Assembly (NCBI GenBank): GCA_965140585.1 | Contig: OZ223270.1 | Span: forward strand, 192,001 to 256,000 | Direction of reading: 5' to 3' | DNA length: 64,000 bases | Source: Spirochaetia bacterium | GTDB lineage: Bacteria > Spirochaetota > Spirochaetia > UBA9216 | Part shown: positions 29,356 to 39,628 of the stretch, piece after piece | Layout of the letters: the number at the start of each line of letters is the position of its first letter | How positions within the stretch are numbered: position 1 is the stretch's first letter | The notes under the pieces: model-generated | Databases searched by the model: none | What the model was told of the DNA's origin: nothing | The model's input: the letters and a program-made list of their open reading frames with translations, nothing else | Translations under genes and position numbers: made by a program

Positions 29356-31832
29356 TTTTTCACCTCCATCCTGCTGCTTACCAGCTTCAGTGCGAGGGCC
29401 ACAATTAGAATTAATCCGGTTACCGCACTCTGAAGGTTTGAATCAATACCCAGAAAAGTAAGAAGAAAAGAAATACTTGAGATTCCAAGTGCTGCGGCTA
29501 CTACTCCTACCGGGGATCCGATACCGCCGACAAACTCACATCCACCGAGAATAATCGTGGCAATACTAAGCATGTTATAGGACCTTGTGGAATTACAGTC
29601 GCCACTGTTTGAAATTACTGTCAGCATTAGTGCGCCGAGAACCAGCATAAAACCTGAAAGTGCATAGGTTACAACCATAGCCCGTAATTGCGACCATCCG
29701 GCTCTTTCTACAGCCACAGGATTATTTCCGATACCGTTAATAACCATTCCATATTTAGATCGTTTAACTATCCAGTAAGACAGCAGCGCTGCAGCTATCG
29801 CGATAATCACAGGCATTGGTATAAGCGGAAACTCAAAATTGTAAAAAGCCTTTAACCACTCCGGAGCTGAACCGCCCGGAATCGGTGAGATAATGAGTGC
29901 TATTCCAAGCCATACAAACGAAGCCCCAAGAGTAATAACTATAGCCGGAATTTTAGTATAGTAGATTATTAGTGCAAGCCCCGCATAGGCAGCGATGAAC
30001 AGAATAGACATCAAGATCCCCAGCCCCGGTGTATTTACTATCAGAAAAGCCACAATGACATTCATTAATCCCAGCGACATGCCGTTTCCAAGATCTATAC
30101 CGCCTGCAATAACCATAAACATCTGGCCGAGGGCTACAAAAATCAAAGGAACTGCAGAAGAATACAGAATCTGTACGCCCATGTATGAGAGAATCCTAGG
30201 ATTAAGGAAGGAGTTGATAATAAAAATCGAAAAGAGCGTTACAAAGGCAAGAAAAGCCCTGTTACGAATAACCTTCTTGAATATATTTTCCTGCTTCTCT
30301 GCCGAAGATGCCATCTTATCAACATCAAGACCCTTTGATTTTTCCTGGAACGATGTTTTGATGATATTCTGCACACTTATATCATCTCCAATAAGTTCTC
30401 GTGCAATTTTACCGTCATGCATGACATAAACCCTGTCACACTGTTCCATTTCAAGGTCTTCAGTACTATGAAGGATAATCGCCTTCCCCTGAGATCTGGC
30501 TTCTTCAAGAAGCTTGTATATTTCCTGCTTAGTTTCAATATCAACACCGCAGGTCGGATCGTTCAGCAGAATCAGATCCGAGTCTGCTGCAAGGCCTCTT
30601 GCAAGGAGGGCTTTCTGCTGGTTTCCTCCGGAGAGGTTGGTTATCTCGTCACTAATTCCCTGAGCCCGGAATTTCAGCTTTTTATACCAGTGCTCTGCAA
30701 GATCCCGGAATCGCTGCTTTCTTATTATACCCTTCTCTGTCACCTGCTCCAGACTGGAAATAACAGTATTGTCTGCTATGTTCCATAAAGGAAAAATGCC
30801 TTCATTCTGCCGGTCACCACTGACATAAGAAACCGCTGTGTCAAGCCTGATTGATTTTGTATTGCCGGGAAGTAGTTTCTTTCCGGCAGCTTTAAAAATT
30901 TCGGCAATCAGTTCTTTCTGCCCTGCCCCTTCAAGACCGGAAATTCCTATAATCTCACCCTTTCTCACATGTAAATTAACATTATTAAGGGTATTTGTAG
31001 AAAGGTTCTGAATGTCCAGAATTACAGGAAGCTCAGTAACCTCCCGGCCTGCCCTTGTTTTTCTTTCAACCTTTCCTCCGAGAATCTCAACCAGATCATG
31101 CATGGAAGTACCGGCACTGCAGCCTTCCCAGCTGGAAGAACCGCTTTTCATTACAACTATCCGGTCACAGATTCTTTCGATTTCATCCAGTTTATGTGAT
31201 ATATAAATTACAGCTATATTTCTGTTTAATAGTTTTCTTATTGATTCGTGAAGCTGTTCGATTCTGTCTCCGGTCAACGAAGATGTCGGTTCATCGAGAA
31301 TCAGAACCTTCAGGCCCTTGTACGATACAGCCTTTGCTATCTCTATCATCTGCCGCTGAGCAAGAGAAAGCTCGCTGACAACAGTGTTAACGTCAATATT
31401 ATGATTTGGAAAAACTTCCTCCAGATATCCGGAAATCTGGACCATTGCCTTCTTCCGCCAGCCCGGCTTTCCGAACGGTTTATGATCCATATGGTTTATC
31501 ATGAAGTTTTCATATACCTTCAGATTGGTCAGAAGTGAAAGCTCCTGATATGCACAGGTAATACCCATATCCTTGGACCTGTTTGTATCAAACCCTGTTT
31601 CCGGCTCTTTACTGTCATTAAAAAAAATTCCGCCTTCGGTAGGTTCATGAGCGCCGGTAATAACCTTCATTAAAGTTGATTTTCCTGCACCGTTTGGACC
31701 TACAAGACCAAGGACTTCACCTGGAACAATTTCAAGGTTCATATCTACAAGAGCCTTTGTTACACCGAAATATTTATGGATATGCTCCAATCTCAGATAG
31801 GCAGTTTTCACCTTATCTGCTTCTATAGTCAT
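29352..31832 (-). CDS. Fused sugar ABC ATPase (two domains) and permease
   Basis: GPNGAGKST, LILDEPT, LSGGNQQK, then a hydrophobic RbsC-like C-terminal region, all in one frame. Confidence 0.92.
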   Translation of the reverse strand: MTIEADKVKTAYLRLEHIHKYFGVTKALVDMNLEIVPGEVLGLVGPNGAGKSTLMKVITGAHEPTEGGIFFNDSKEPETGFDTNRSKDMGITCAYQELSLLTNLKVYENFMINHMDHKPFGKPGWRKKAMVQISGYLEEVFPNHNIDVNTVVSELSLAQRQMIEIAKAVSYKGLKVLILDEPTSSLTGDRIEQLHESIRKLLNRNIAVIYISHKLDEIERICDRIVVMKSGSSSWEGCSAGTSMHDLVEILGGKVERKTRAGREVTELPVILDIQNLSTNTLNNVNLHVRKGEIIGISGLEGAGQKELIAEIFKAAGKKLLPGNTKSIRLDTAVSYVSGDRQNEGIFPLWNIADNTVISSLEQVTEKGIIRKQRFRDLAEHWYKKLKFRAQGISDEITNLSGGNQQKALLARGLAADSDLILLNDPTCGVDIETKQEIYKLLEEARSQGKAIILHSTEDLEMEQCDRVYVMHDGKIARELIGDDISVQNIIKTSFQEKSKGLDVDKMASSAEKQENIFKKVIRNRAFLAFVTLFSIFIINSFLNPRILSYMGVQILYSSAVPLIFVALGQMFMVIAGGIDLGNGMSLGLMNVIVAFLIVNTPGLGILMSILFIAAYAGLALIIYYTKIPAIVITLGASFVWLGIALIISPIPGGSAPEWLKAFYNFEFPLIPMPVIIAIAAALLSYWIVKRSKYGMVINGIGNNPVAVERAGWSQLRAMVVTYALSGFMLVLGALMLTVISNSGDCNSTRSYNMLSIATIILGGCEFVGGIGSPVGVVAAALGISSISFLLTFLGIDSNLQSAVTGLILIVALALKLVSSRMEVKK

Positions 31833-31905
31833 CAGTTTTCCTTCAAAGAATGATGAGCCTCTCTGACAGCCCTGAATCCGGACATTAGAGAGGCATTCTG
31901 TTTGT

Positions 31906-32940
31906 TTATTTATAGTAAGTATCTACAATCCAGTCGTGATCGTATTCTTTAGCGGCAACTTCATCCGGAGCCAGGTTTGCAAAATCGTCAACCATATCCT
32001 GCGTAACATGAAGTGGAGGCATAATCATGACTTTCGGAACATCCAGGCCTTCGATAAGATCGATCGCAACATACAATCCTGAAGCTGCACTCCAGGGGTT
32101 TGCAGCCCATGAGAATGTTTCATATCCGGTAGCAGCCTTTTCATTTGCCCACCATGTGAGGAAATTACCGCGGTTTCCGCCGATAACAATCGGAAGATCA
32201 CGTCCTGCTGCATTGAAAGCCTGAAGGGCACCGTAAGCGTCTCCGCCTTGACCTACAACACCGTCGACCTGTTTAATTCCAGGTAAGATTGATGTAATCT
32301 GCTTCTGTGAAACAGATTCGGTCCATTCCCCGTAAACTTCACCGACAACTTCAATTCCAGGGTATTTAGCAAACTCATCAGCAAGAGCCTTGTGGAATGT
32401 ATCATCAAAGGGTACACCTGCCATTCCTCTAATTTCGATGATATTACCTTTCTCTCCAAGCGCACCTACAAGGTAGCTTGCGGCATCATTGGCCATCTGA
32501 GCTGTATCAAAGTTAATCTGATAACACTGATCAGTTGAAACAGGGCCGTCATTTACTATGACAACAGGGATTCCTGCTTTTGCAGCCTTTTCAATAGCAC
32601 CGTTGAGCCCTGAAGCACTGCCCGGATCAATAATGATAGCATCTACACCGTCAAGGATAAGACTTTCAATCTGTGAAACCTGAGTTGCGACATTGTTATT
32701 TGACTCAAGAATTTTATAACTTGAGAGGACTCCGTCTGCCACCATTTGATCGGCAAGTTTTCTAAAAAGACTTTCCATTGTCTGGCGATATGTATTCCCG
32801 TTATAAGAGTTGGAAAAACCTATCTTATAACCTCCTTTTGTGGAATCGCCGGATGCGGATTCCTGATTTCCGGAAGCAAAAACAAAATTCCCGGTTACCA
32901 GAAAAATCACCAGAAGAAATGTAAAAATTTTTTTCTTCAT
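31906..32940 (-). CDS. Sugar ABC substrate-binding protein (RbsB-like)
   Basis: Leader MKKKIF...FASGNQE (ATG 32940 after GGAG); 'GVDAIIIDP', 'AGIPVV'. Confidence 0.9.
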   Translation of the reverse strand: MKKKIFTFLLVIFLVTGNFVFASGNQESASGDSTKGGYKIGFSNSYNGNTYRQTMESLFRKLADQMVADGVLSSYKILESNNNVATQVSQIESLILDGVDAIIIDPGSASGLNGAIEKAAKAGIPVVIVNDGPVSTDQCYQINFDTAQMANDAASYLVGALGEKGNIIEIRGMAGVPFDDTFHKALADEFAKYPGIEVVGEVYGEWTESVSQKQITSILPGIKQVDGVVGQGGDAYGALQAFNAAGRDLPIVIGGNRGNFLTWWANEKAATGYETFSWAANPWSAASGLYVAIDLIEGLDVPKVMIMPPLHVTQDMVDDFANLAPDEVAAKEYDHDWIVDTYYK

Positions 32941-33047
32941 TTTTTTCTCCTTTATATAATCCATAAAGTTTATTTTAATGGAACAACCAATTCCTGTCTG
33001 AGGTATTGTTTGTTCCACAATTACCATTTAAGAAGTTTGTGATATTC

Positions 33048-33064
33048 ATCTGATATATCAGTAT
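33048..33064. promoter_or_regulatory. Palindrome CTGATATATCAG, putative GntR operator of the sugar-acid operon
   Basis: Perfect 12-bp palindrome at 33050-33061, flanked by further TGATAT half-sites, in the divergent intergenic region. Confidence 0.55.
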
Positions 33065-33141
33065 GATATTAGAAAAGATATTATCATTGCTTTTTTCTGC
33101 TGTCAACAAAAAGATTTTCGTAATATCCATTTTTCCGTATA

Positions 33142-34605
33142 GTGATTATAATAATGACCATGTTTAGTATTCCCGCAGTTATATTAGCCCTAATAATTTT
33201 GATTTGCCTGAAAACACTGATAACAGCCAGAACCGGCTCTTACTCAGATTACAAGCCGGAACCCTGTGAAAATGAAGCAGCCGAAAGACTGGCGAAAGCG
33301 GTAAGGATAAAAACAGTATCCCACTCCGATTATTCACTCAATGATCTGGAAAAACACAGGGACTTTCAGAAATTCCTTACGAACAGCTTCCCCTCCTTTC
33401 ACAGCACCGCAGAAAGAACGGTTCTCAGTGATTACGGAATTATATATAAATGGCCGGGACGCTCAGAAAAGCAGAAAGCACTTTTATTCATCGCCCACTA
33501 TGATGTGGTACCGGCAGATGATTCTAAATGGACCTACCCCCCTTTTGACGGGAAAATTATCGACGGATATATATGGGGCAGAGGAACTCTCGATACAAAG
33601 AATACGCTGATGGGAATTCTTGAGGCGGCCGAAAGTCTTTGCAAAGAAAGCTTCGTCCCCAAAAGAGACATCTATTTTGCTTTCGGAGGAGACGAGGAAA
33701 CAGAAGGCAACCTCGGAGCTGTTAAAATCGCTGCACACTTTAAAGCACAGGGAATAAGTTTTGAGTGGATGCACGACGAAGGCTCTATCATTGCGGACGG
33801 CATAATAAAGGGAGTCAACCGCAAACTAGCGCTGATAGGTACTGCCGAAAAAGGATATGCGGATATTCGTCTGAAAACAGAGTCAAAGGGCGGCCATGCA
33901 GCAATGCCTCCGGCAATGACAGCAACAGGACGGATAGCCCGGGCCGTAACAAGAATAGAGAAAAACCCTTTCCCCATGAGATGGATAAAAACAACCCGAA
34001 AGATGTTTTCAGGGATGTCATCCGGTTCAGAATCCTGGATGAAGGTTGTTCTTGCCAACATATGGCTTTTCGGGCCGGTAATAAAATTGGTAATGGGTAA
34101 AAGTCCGCAGTCGGCGGCACTGCTTCGAACAACAACTGCTCCGACAATGATAAAGGGAAGCAGCAAGGAAAATGTACTGGCGGAAACCGCAACCGCCGTC
34201 ATAAACACCAGAATACTATCGGGAGACACTCTTGAAACGGCCCTTGCAAGAATCAGAAAGGTTATTAAAGATGATAGCATTGAGGTAAGCCTGCTTAATC
34301 CCGATTCCGCGAACAATCCTGTTTCAGAATCGAGCACAAGAGGACAGGGATATAAAATTATCAGCAAGGTGATCTCTGAAACAGTGCCCGACGCACTAAT
34401 CCTGCCCTACCTGAACACAGGCACGACTGACTCTAAGGCATACATCGAATGCTGTGAAAATATTTACAGGCTTGCTCCTATGATATTACAGCCTGAGGAC
34501 GTTGAAAGCATACATGCATCAAATGAGAAAATCAGCCTAGAAAACTACGGACTTGTAATCAGATTCTACAAAACAATGTTCCAGAAAATAAACGGAGATA
34601 AATAA
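33142..34605 (+). CDS. M20-family peptidase/amidase (carboxypeptidase S/PM20D1-like)
   Basis: AHYDVVP, WGRGTLDTK, GGDEE, DEG, GGHA..PP, IH..NEKI; N-terminal anchor; exact start uncertain. Confidence 0.9.
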   Translation: MIIIMTMFSIPAVILALIILICLKTLITARTGSYSDYKPEPCENEAAERLAKAVRIKTVSHSDYSLNDLEKHRDFQKFLTNSFPSFHSTAERTVLSDYGIIYKWPGRSEKQKALLFIAHYDVVPADDSKWTYPPFDGKIIDGYIWGRGTLDTKNTLMGILEAAESLCKESFVPKRDIYFAFGGDEETEGNLGAVKIAAHFKAQGISFEWMHDEGSIIADGIIKGVNRKLALIGTAEKGYADIRLKTESKGGHAAMPPAMTATGRIARAVTRIEKNPFPMRWIKTTRKMFSGMSSGSESWMKVVLANIWLFGPVIKLVMGKSPQSAALLRTTTAPTMIKGSSKENVLAETATAVINTRILSGDTLETALARIRKVIKDDSIEVSLLNPDSANNPVSESSTRGQGYKIISKVISETVPDALILPYLNTGTTDSKAYIECCENIYRLAPMILQPEDVESIHASNEKISLENYGLVIRFYKTMFQKINGDK

Positions 34606-36066
34606 ATGGAGAAAACAGCGAAATCCAGCCTCAAAATAGGAAAGAACGCCTTCTTAGCAGCGGCAGGGATTATTCTTGTGCTGATGATAGTCTCAGGGAT
34701 TTTAACGATGATTCTTCCTTCCGGACAGTATGAACGCTATGAATCTGAAGAAAGAGTGCTGATAGTCCCTGATTCATACCACCAGATCGGCAAGCCCGAC
34801 TATCCTGTGTGGCGTTGGTTCACAGCTCCCCTTGAAGTCCTTGGACCGCCGAATAATGCGGCAATAATAACTATTATGCTCTTCATTGTTTTTGTAGGAG
34901 GATCAATTGCAATACTGGAGGGTTCGGGAGTGATGAAGGATCTTCTGGGTTTAATGGTTGAACGATTTATAAACAGAAAATACCTTCTTATGGGAATCAT
35001 GATATTTCTGTTCATGTTCCTTGCCGCATTTCTGGGAATTTACGAGGGGCTTGTTCCTCTTATAATCTTTATTGTTCCGCTGGCCTACTCGCTGGGCTGG
35101 GACTCTCTGACCGGTCTTGGACTAAGCCTTCTGCCGCTGGCCTTCGGATTTGCATCTGCTGTTACCAATCCTTTCACAATCGCTGTTGCACAGGGAATAG
35201 CCGAGCTTCCGCTTTTTTCAGGATCCTGGCTTCGGATAATATTTTTTATAGTTGTTTATTTCATCCTGTTTTTCTTCGTTTCACGCTATGCAAAAAAAAT
35301 CGAGAAAGACCCTTCTAAATCGCTTGTTCACAAAGAGGATCTGCCGCTTATTGCAGCTCACAAACTCAACTCGGAGTCTGAAAAAGATTCTGTGAAAAAT
35401 CCGGGAATGAAGAAGGCTCTTATATGGTTCGGCTCTTGCATGGGAATAGCAATTGCCTTTGTTATTCTGACTTCGATTATTCCGGCCATCAGCGATCTGG
35501 CTTTTCCCCTTATGGGCCTGATGTTTTTTATCGGCGGAATTGGTTCCGGTATATTTGCCGGCCTTAAGGCGGGGAAGATTGCGAAATCTTTTTTCAGCGG
35601 GATGGCAGGAATGCTTCCGGGAATACTGCTAATCATGATGGCCTACAGCGTAAAGCACATCATTGATAAGGGAATGATAACAGACACTATTCTCTACTCG
35701 GCTGCGACATGGATTGCGAGCACCCCGAAAATGGGAGCGGCTTTCATGATCTATCTGATTACCCTGCTTATGAACTTTTTCATAGGCTCGGCGTCCGCAA
35801 AGGCCTTCCTGATGATGCCGATACTAAGTCCGCTTTCCGATCTGGTTGGAATAACAAGACAGACTGCAGTTCTGGCCTTTGACTTCGGAGACGGTTTCAG
35901 CAATATGTTTTTCCCGTCAAATGCGCTGCTTTTAATTGCACTTGGTTTTACCGTTGTCAGCTACCCACGCTGGGTTAGATGGACATTTCCGCTGCAGCTG
36001 ATAATGCTTGCGATAACTTCAGTATTTCTTGGATTTGCGGTACTGATAGGCTTCGGACCCTTCTAA
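34606..36066 (+). CDS. YfcC-family membrane transporter
   Basis: 'NPFTIAVAQGIAELPLFSG..LR', 'Q.AVLAF.FGDGFSN'. Confidence 0.88.
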   Translation: MEKTAKSSLKIGKNAFLAAAGIILVLMIVSGILTMILPSGQYERYESEERVLIVPDSYHQIGKPDYPVWRWFTAPLEVLGPPNNAAIITIMLFIVFVGGSIAILEGSGVMKDLLGLMVERFINRKYLLMGIMIFLFMFLAAFLGIYEGLVPLIIFIVPLAYSLGWDSLTGLGLSLLPLAFGFASAVTNPFTIAVAQGIAELPLFSGSWLRIIFFIVVYFILFFFVSRYAKKIEKDPSKSLVHKEDLPLIAAHKLNSESEKDSVKNPGMKKALIWFGSCMGIAIAFVILTSIIPAISDLAFPLMGLMFFIGGIGSGIFAGLKAGKIAKSFFSGMAGMLPGILLIMMAYSVKHIIDKGMITDTILYSAATWIASTPKMGAAFMIYLITLLMNFFIGSASAKAFLMMPILSPLSDLVGITRQTAVLAFDFGDGFSNMFFPSNALLLIALGFTVVSYPRWVRWTFPLQLIMLAITSVFLGFAVLIGFGPF

Positions 36067-36740
36067 ATGAAGGGTCTGGCATTACGCTGTTTGTAAGCGC
36101 CGTTCTGCTTAAGGTTCATATTCCAGTAAAAATTGGTCAGTCCGGTATAACTTAATAATCGAAAACCCGTTCTTGCAAAAACATTCAGTCTGTATGGTTT
36201 TTTTATCTCCTCCACAAGGGTTGGATCAAATCTACCGTTCTCTGCAAAATACTTGCCGGCCCTGTTTATGCGCTCAAACAGTTTTCGGCTTGCTGCCGGA
36301 GGCATAAGCCGGAGCCCTTCTGAACCGCCCTTGATAATTGTACCTGCGTAATTAATTTCCATCCGCCTGCAGAGCCTTTCAAGATATGACTCAACACTAA
36401 AAGACTGGGCGGATTCGGGAAATCCCGAATGAACTATAAAACCGGCTGTTTTAAGTGAAGCCGGACGTTTCTGAAACAAATGTTCTATGAAAGCCTTGGT
36501 GATTCCCGGCATTGCGTCGGTATACAGCGGAAAGCAGAGGACAAGCACTTCAGCACTCTCAGCAGCGGTAAAAGCTTCTTCTCTTGCCTTACTGTTATGA
36601 AGATAAGCCTGCTTCACGCCATCAGCCCCGGAAACGCCGATTTCAGGAACTTCCTTACAGCCTTCTATAAAGTTATTCAGCAATACCGAAGAATTGGAGT
36701 TTTTACCTCGCGGAGATCCGTTAACAGCCAGCAGTTTCAT
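36063..36740 (-). CDS. Flavodoxin-like NAD(P)H-dependent oxidoreductase
   Basis: MKLLAVNGSPRGKNSNS, FPLY.D.MP; start 36740. Confidence 0.85.
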   Translation of the reverse strand: MKLLAVNGSPRGKNSNSSVLLNNFIEGCKEVPEIGVSGADGVKQAYLHNSKAREEAFTAAESAEVLVLCFPLYTDAMPGITKAFIEHLFQKRPASLKTAGFIVHSGFPESAQSFSVESYLERLCRRMEINYAGTIIKGGSEGLRLMPPAASRKLFERINRAGKYFAENGRFDPTLVEEIKKPYRLNVFARTGFRLLSYTGLTNFYWNMNLKQNGAYKQRNARPFI

Positions 36741-37272
36741 TTTCAAACTCCTCGATCTTCCAGTCTTCCATCCACCTGACAAATTTCAAATCTCCATGAA
36801 AATTCAGCGAAAATCTTTTAAAAAGACCTTCGGTAATCTTCATATCCTCTTCGTCTGAACCAGCTTCCCGGCCAAGAAGAACTCCCAGTGCAGGATAAGA
36901 ATCATACCGTTTATGATGATGAGATTCGCCGTTTATCATCTGAATGTACGGATGAAGAAGAACTATCAGCCTGTCCATTATCTTTTTAAGTTCAGAGGAG
37001 ACAAAGCCAGCAATCATCGGGGAACTCAGAAGCAGAAAATCCGAATGTATTACCGATTTAAAAATTTCATCTGCACCGTCTTTTATAGAGCACTCGCCCG
37101 GAGTTTTCCACCAGCAGCTCCAGCAGCCGGTACAGAATTTTAAATTCATATCTTTTATAGAGTAATTTACAGCATTATGATGAGTCTGCAGCTCGTCCAG
37201 GATTCCGGCTAACTGTTTTTCATATTCAGAATTATCACCCTGAAAGCATCCATCAAGAACTGTTACCTTCAT
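36721..37272 (-). CDS. Iron-sulfur flavoprotein-like flavodoxin-family protein
   Basis: CTGCWSCW..TPGEC.IKD, 'SSP', 'LKKIMDR'. Confidence 0.85.
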   Translation of the reverse strand: MKVTVLDGCFQGDNSEYEKQLAGILDELQTHHNAVNYSIKDMNLKFCTGCWSCWWKTPGECSIKDGADEIFKSVIHSDFLLLSSPMIAGFVSSELKKIMDRLIVLLHPYIQMINGESHHHKRYDSYPALGVLLGREAGSDEEDMKITEGLFKRFSLNFHGDLKFVRWMEDWKIEEFENETAGC

Positions 37273-37339
37273 AAACCCTCTTTTCTTTATTTAAATAAAA
37301 TATTTGATAATAAACTCCGGAAAATATATTATTTAATTA

Positions 37340-39628
37340 ATGTCGGCAAAAATCAAGTTTATAAAGTCAGGATTTTTTTCCAGAATGCTGTTAATTATCG
37401 GTATTGTCTCACTGCTTCCTCTATCTGCGCTAGTCTTCTTCAGTGCAAAACAGACCGACAATGTGCTTCGAAACGATATCAATGAACGGATGGATTTGCT
37501 TGGCGTACTTTATACTGAAAGAATTGAAAGCCTGCTGGATAATTATTTTTCATCTGTGAAAACGGTGGCCTCAATTGCCGGAGGCTATCGAAATCTTCCT
37601 GCCGATATAAGAAGACCCTTCTTATCAAATATCGTCCGTGAGACATTGTCCTATCATAAGGGGGAGTTCCATGCTGTATGGCTGCAGATGGAACCCGGTG
37701 CACTTGAGGACAATGAGGAAGATTACTATGGAACTATGCTCTCAGCTCCCAACGGAGGCTTTGATGCAACCTGGTACTTCGATGACGGCGAACCGGTTCA
37801 GGGGAAAATAACCAGCGAGGCCTACAATGAAGATTTTTATACCATACCCCGGACAAACAGAAAACCTACTGTGATAAAACCTTACTGGTGGTCTTATACA
37901 GGAGATATTGAAGATGCTGTGCTTGAAACAAGTCTATGTGTTCCGATTATCATTGAAAACAGGTTTCTGGGAGTAGCAGGAGCCGATGTTTCATTTAAGC
38001 AGATTCAGGATCTGATTAACGGTTTTGAAATCCCAAATAATGGTTATTTTGTTTTAATAGATTCTGAATCCGCCGTCAGACTCTCTCACCCGGAGCGCAA
38101 TCAGTTGGGAACTCCTATCTCAAATCTTTTGAATTCAGGTGAGTATAATTCTATAACAGACGGTTTTAAAAAAGAAGTCCCGTTTTCCATGACAAACATG
38201 CCCACATCAGACGGCTCACATGCCAGGGTAAGCCTTAACCCTATCAGGATTGATGATGCGGGAAACACCTGGTATGTGGCCACAATTATGACGAACTCAA
38301 ACCTTTACAAAAATTTAAATACAATAATCGAGTATCAGATATTCTTCGGAATTATCACCTTCGTTATTATGCTTTCAGCAATTTATATAGCATCAAATAC
38401 ACTTAGTAAGCCTATACTGGAGATAACCGAAAAAGTACAACAGATCTCGGCCGGCAGATTTAATCTGCGCTTAGACAACCAGTATAACAACGAACTTGAT
38501 CTTCTGATCGAATCCTTCAACACAATGACAGAGCGGGTGAAGAAGCTTCTTGAACAGCATGAGTCAACTAACAGAAATCTTGAAAGAATGGTAAGCGAAC
38601 GGACTACTGAACTTAACAAAACTATTCATGATCTGAATTCCTCACAGGACTCACTAATCCACTCAGAAAAACTTGCGGTTCTGGGAAACCTGACGGCAAA
38701 CATTGCACATGAACTAAACACACCGCTTGGGGCGATAGACTCATCAATTTCATACATAATTGAAGATGGAATAGACACAATAATCGCGCTGCCGGAGCAG
38801 ACCAGGGGTCTAAAACCTGAGGAACTGGAAATTCTAAAAGAACTGGAAAAGACCGGACGGAAGGCGGCCCTGAACATACAGCATATCCCGGATCGAAAAA
38901 AAAAGCGTGCCCTGGCTAAAAAACTGACTGAACTTGGTGTTGGGGATGCAGAGAACCTTGCTGATGAACTGGAAACCATGGGAGCCGCGGAGGATCAGGC
39001 CCGGATCATCGAACTGATTAAGAACGATAGAAGAAATCTGATAGATGCAGCTGTCATAATTACATCAGTAATGCGGGGACTGTACATAATACAGCAGGCA
39101 TCACGCAAGGCTGTTTCAACAATCTCCGCACTCTCCGGATATATACACAGCACACCGGATGAATCATTTACCGACATAGATATATGCAATGAGATCGACA
39201 ACATCTTAATTCTTTATTACAACCAGATCAAAAAGAACGTAACATTGAATAAAGAGTATAAAACCGCAACCACCGTTTCCGGAAACCGTGATAAACTAAA
39301 TCAAGTATGGATAAACCTTATCAACAACGGCCTCCATGCGATTGAATATAAGGGTTCACTGGGCATTGAGATAAAGGATGAGGGAGAGTTCATCTGCGTA
39401 TCCATTAAAGATAACGGTCACGGAATACCTGAAGATATGCAGGACCGGATATTTGAACCCTTCTTCACAACCAAATCGGAAGGTGAAGGTATAGGACTTG
39501 GACTTGATATATGTCGAAAAATTATCGAAGAGCATAAGGGCAGAATAGAGTTTACCAGCCGCCCCGGTGAAACAGTATTCTCGGTCTACCTGCCGCGATT
39601 TTTACAGAGTACAGGAGTGAGTACGTGA
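37340..39628 (+). CDS. Sensor histidine kinase (dCache-like, HAMP, HisKA, HATPase)
   Basis: Two TMs around a Cache-like region; HAMP 'NELD.L..SFN.M'; 'IAHELNTPL', 'QVWINLINN', 'IFEPFFTTK', 'GLGL'. Confidence 0.93.
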   Translation: MSAKIKFIKSGFFSRMLLIIGIVSLLPLSALVFFSAKQTDNVLRNDINERMDLLGVLYTERIESLLDNYFSSVKTVASIAGGYRNLPADIRRPFLSNIVRETLSYHKGEFHAVWLQMEPGALEDNEEDYYGTMLSAPNGGFDATWYFDDGEPVQGKITSEAYNEDFYTIPRTNRKPTVIKPYWWSYTGDIEDAVLETSLCVPIIIENRFLGVAGADVSFKQIQDLINGFEIPNNGYFVLIDSESAVRLSHPERNQLGTPISNLLNSGEYNSITDGFKKEVPFSMTNMPTSDGSHARVSLNPIRIDDAGNTWYVATIMTNSNLYKNLNTIIEYQIFFGIITFVIMLSAIYIASNTLSKPILEITEKVQQISAGRFNLRLDNQYNNELDLLIESFNTMTERVKKLLEQHESTNRNLERMVSERTTELNKTIHDLNSSQDSLIHSEKLAVLGNLTANIAHELNTPLGAIDSSISYIIEDGIDTIIALPEQTRGLKPEELEILKELEKTGRKAALNIQHIPDRKKKRALAKKLTELGVGDAENLADELETMGAAEDQARIIELIKNDRRNLIDAAVIITSVMRGLYIIQQASRKAVSTISALSGYIHSTPDESFTDIDICNEIDNILILYYNQIKKNVTLNKEYKTATTVSGNRDKLNQVWINLINNGLHAIEYKGSLGIEIKDEGEFICVSIKDNGHGIPEDMQDRIFEPFFTTKSEGEGIGLGLDICRKIIEEHKGRIEFTSRPGETVFSVYLPRFLQSTGVST

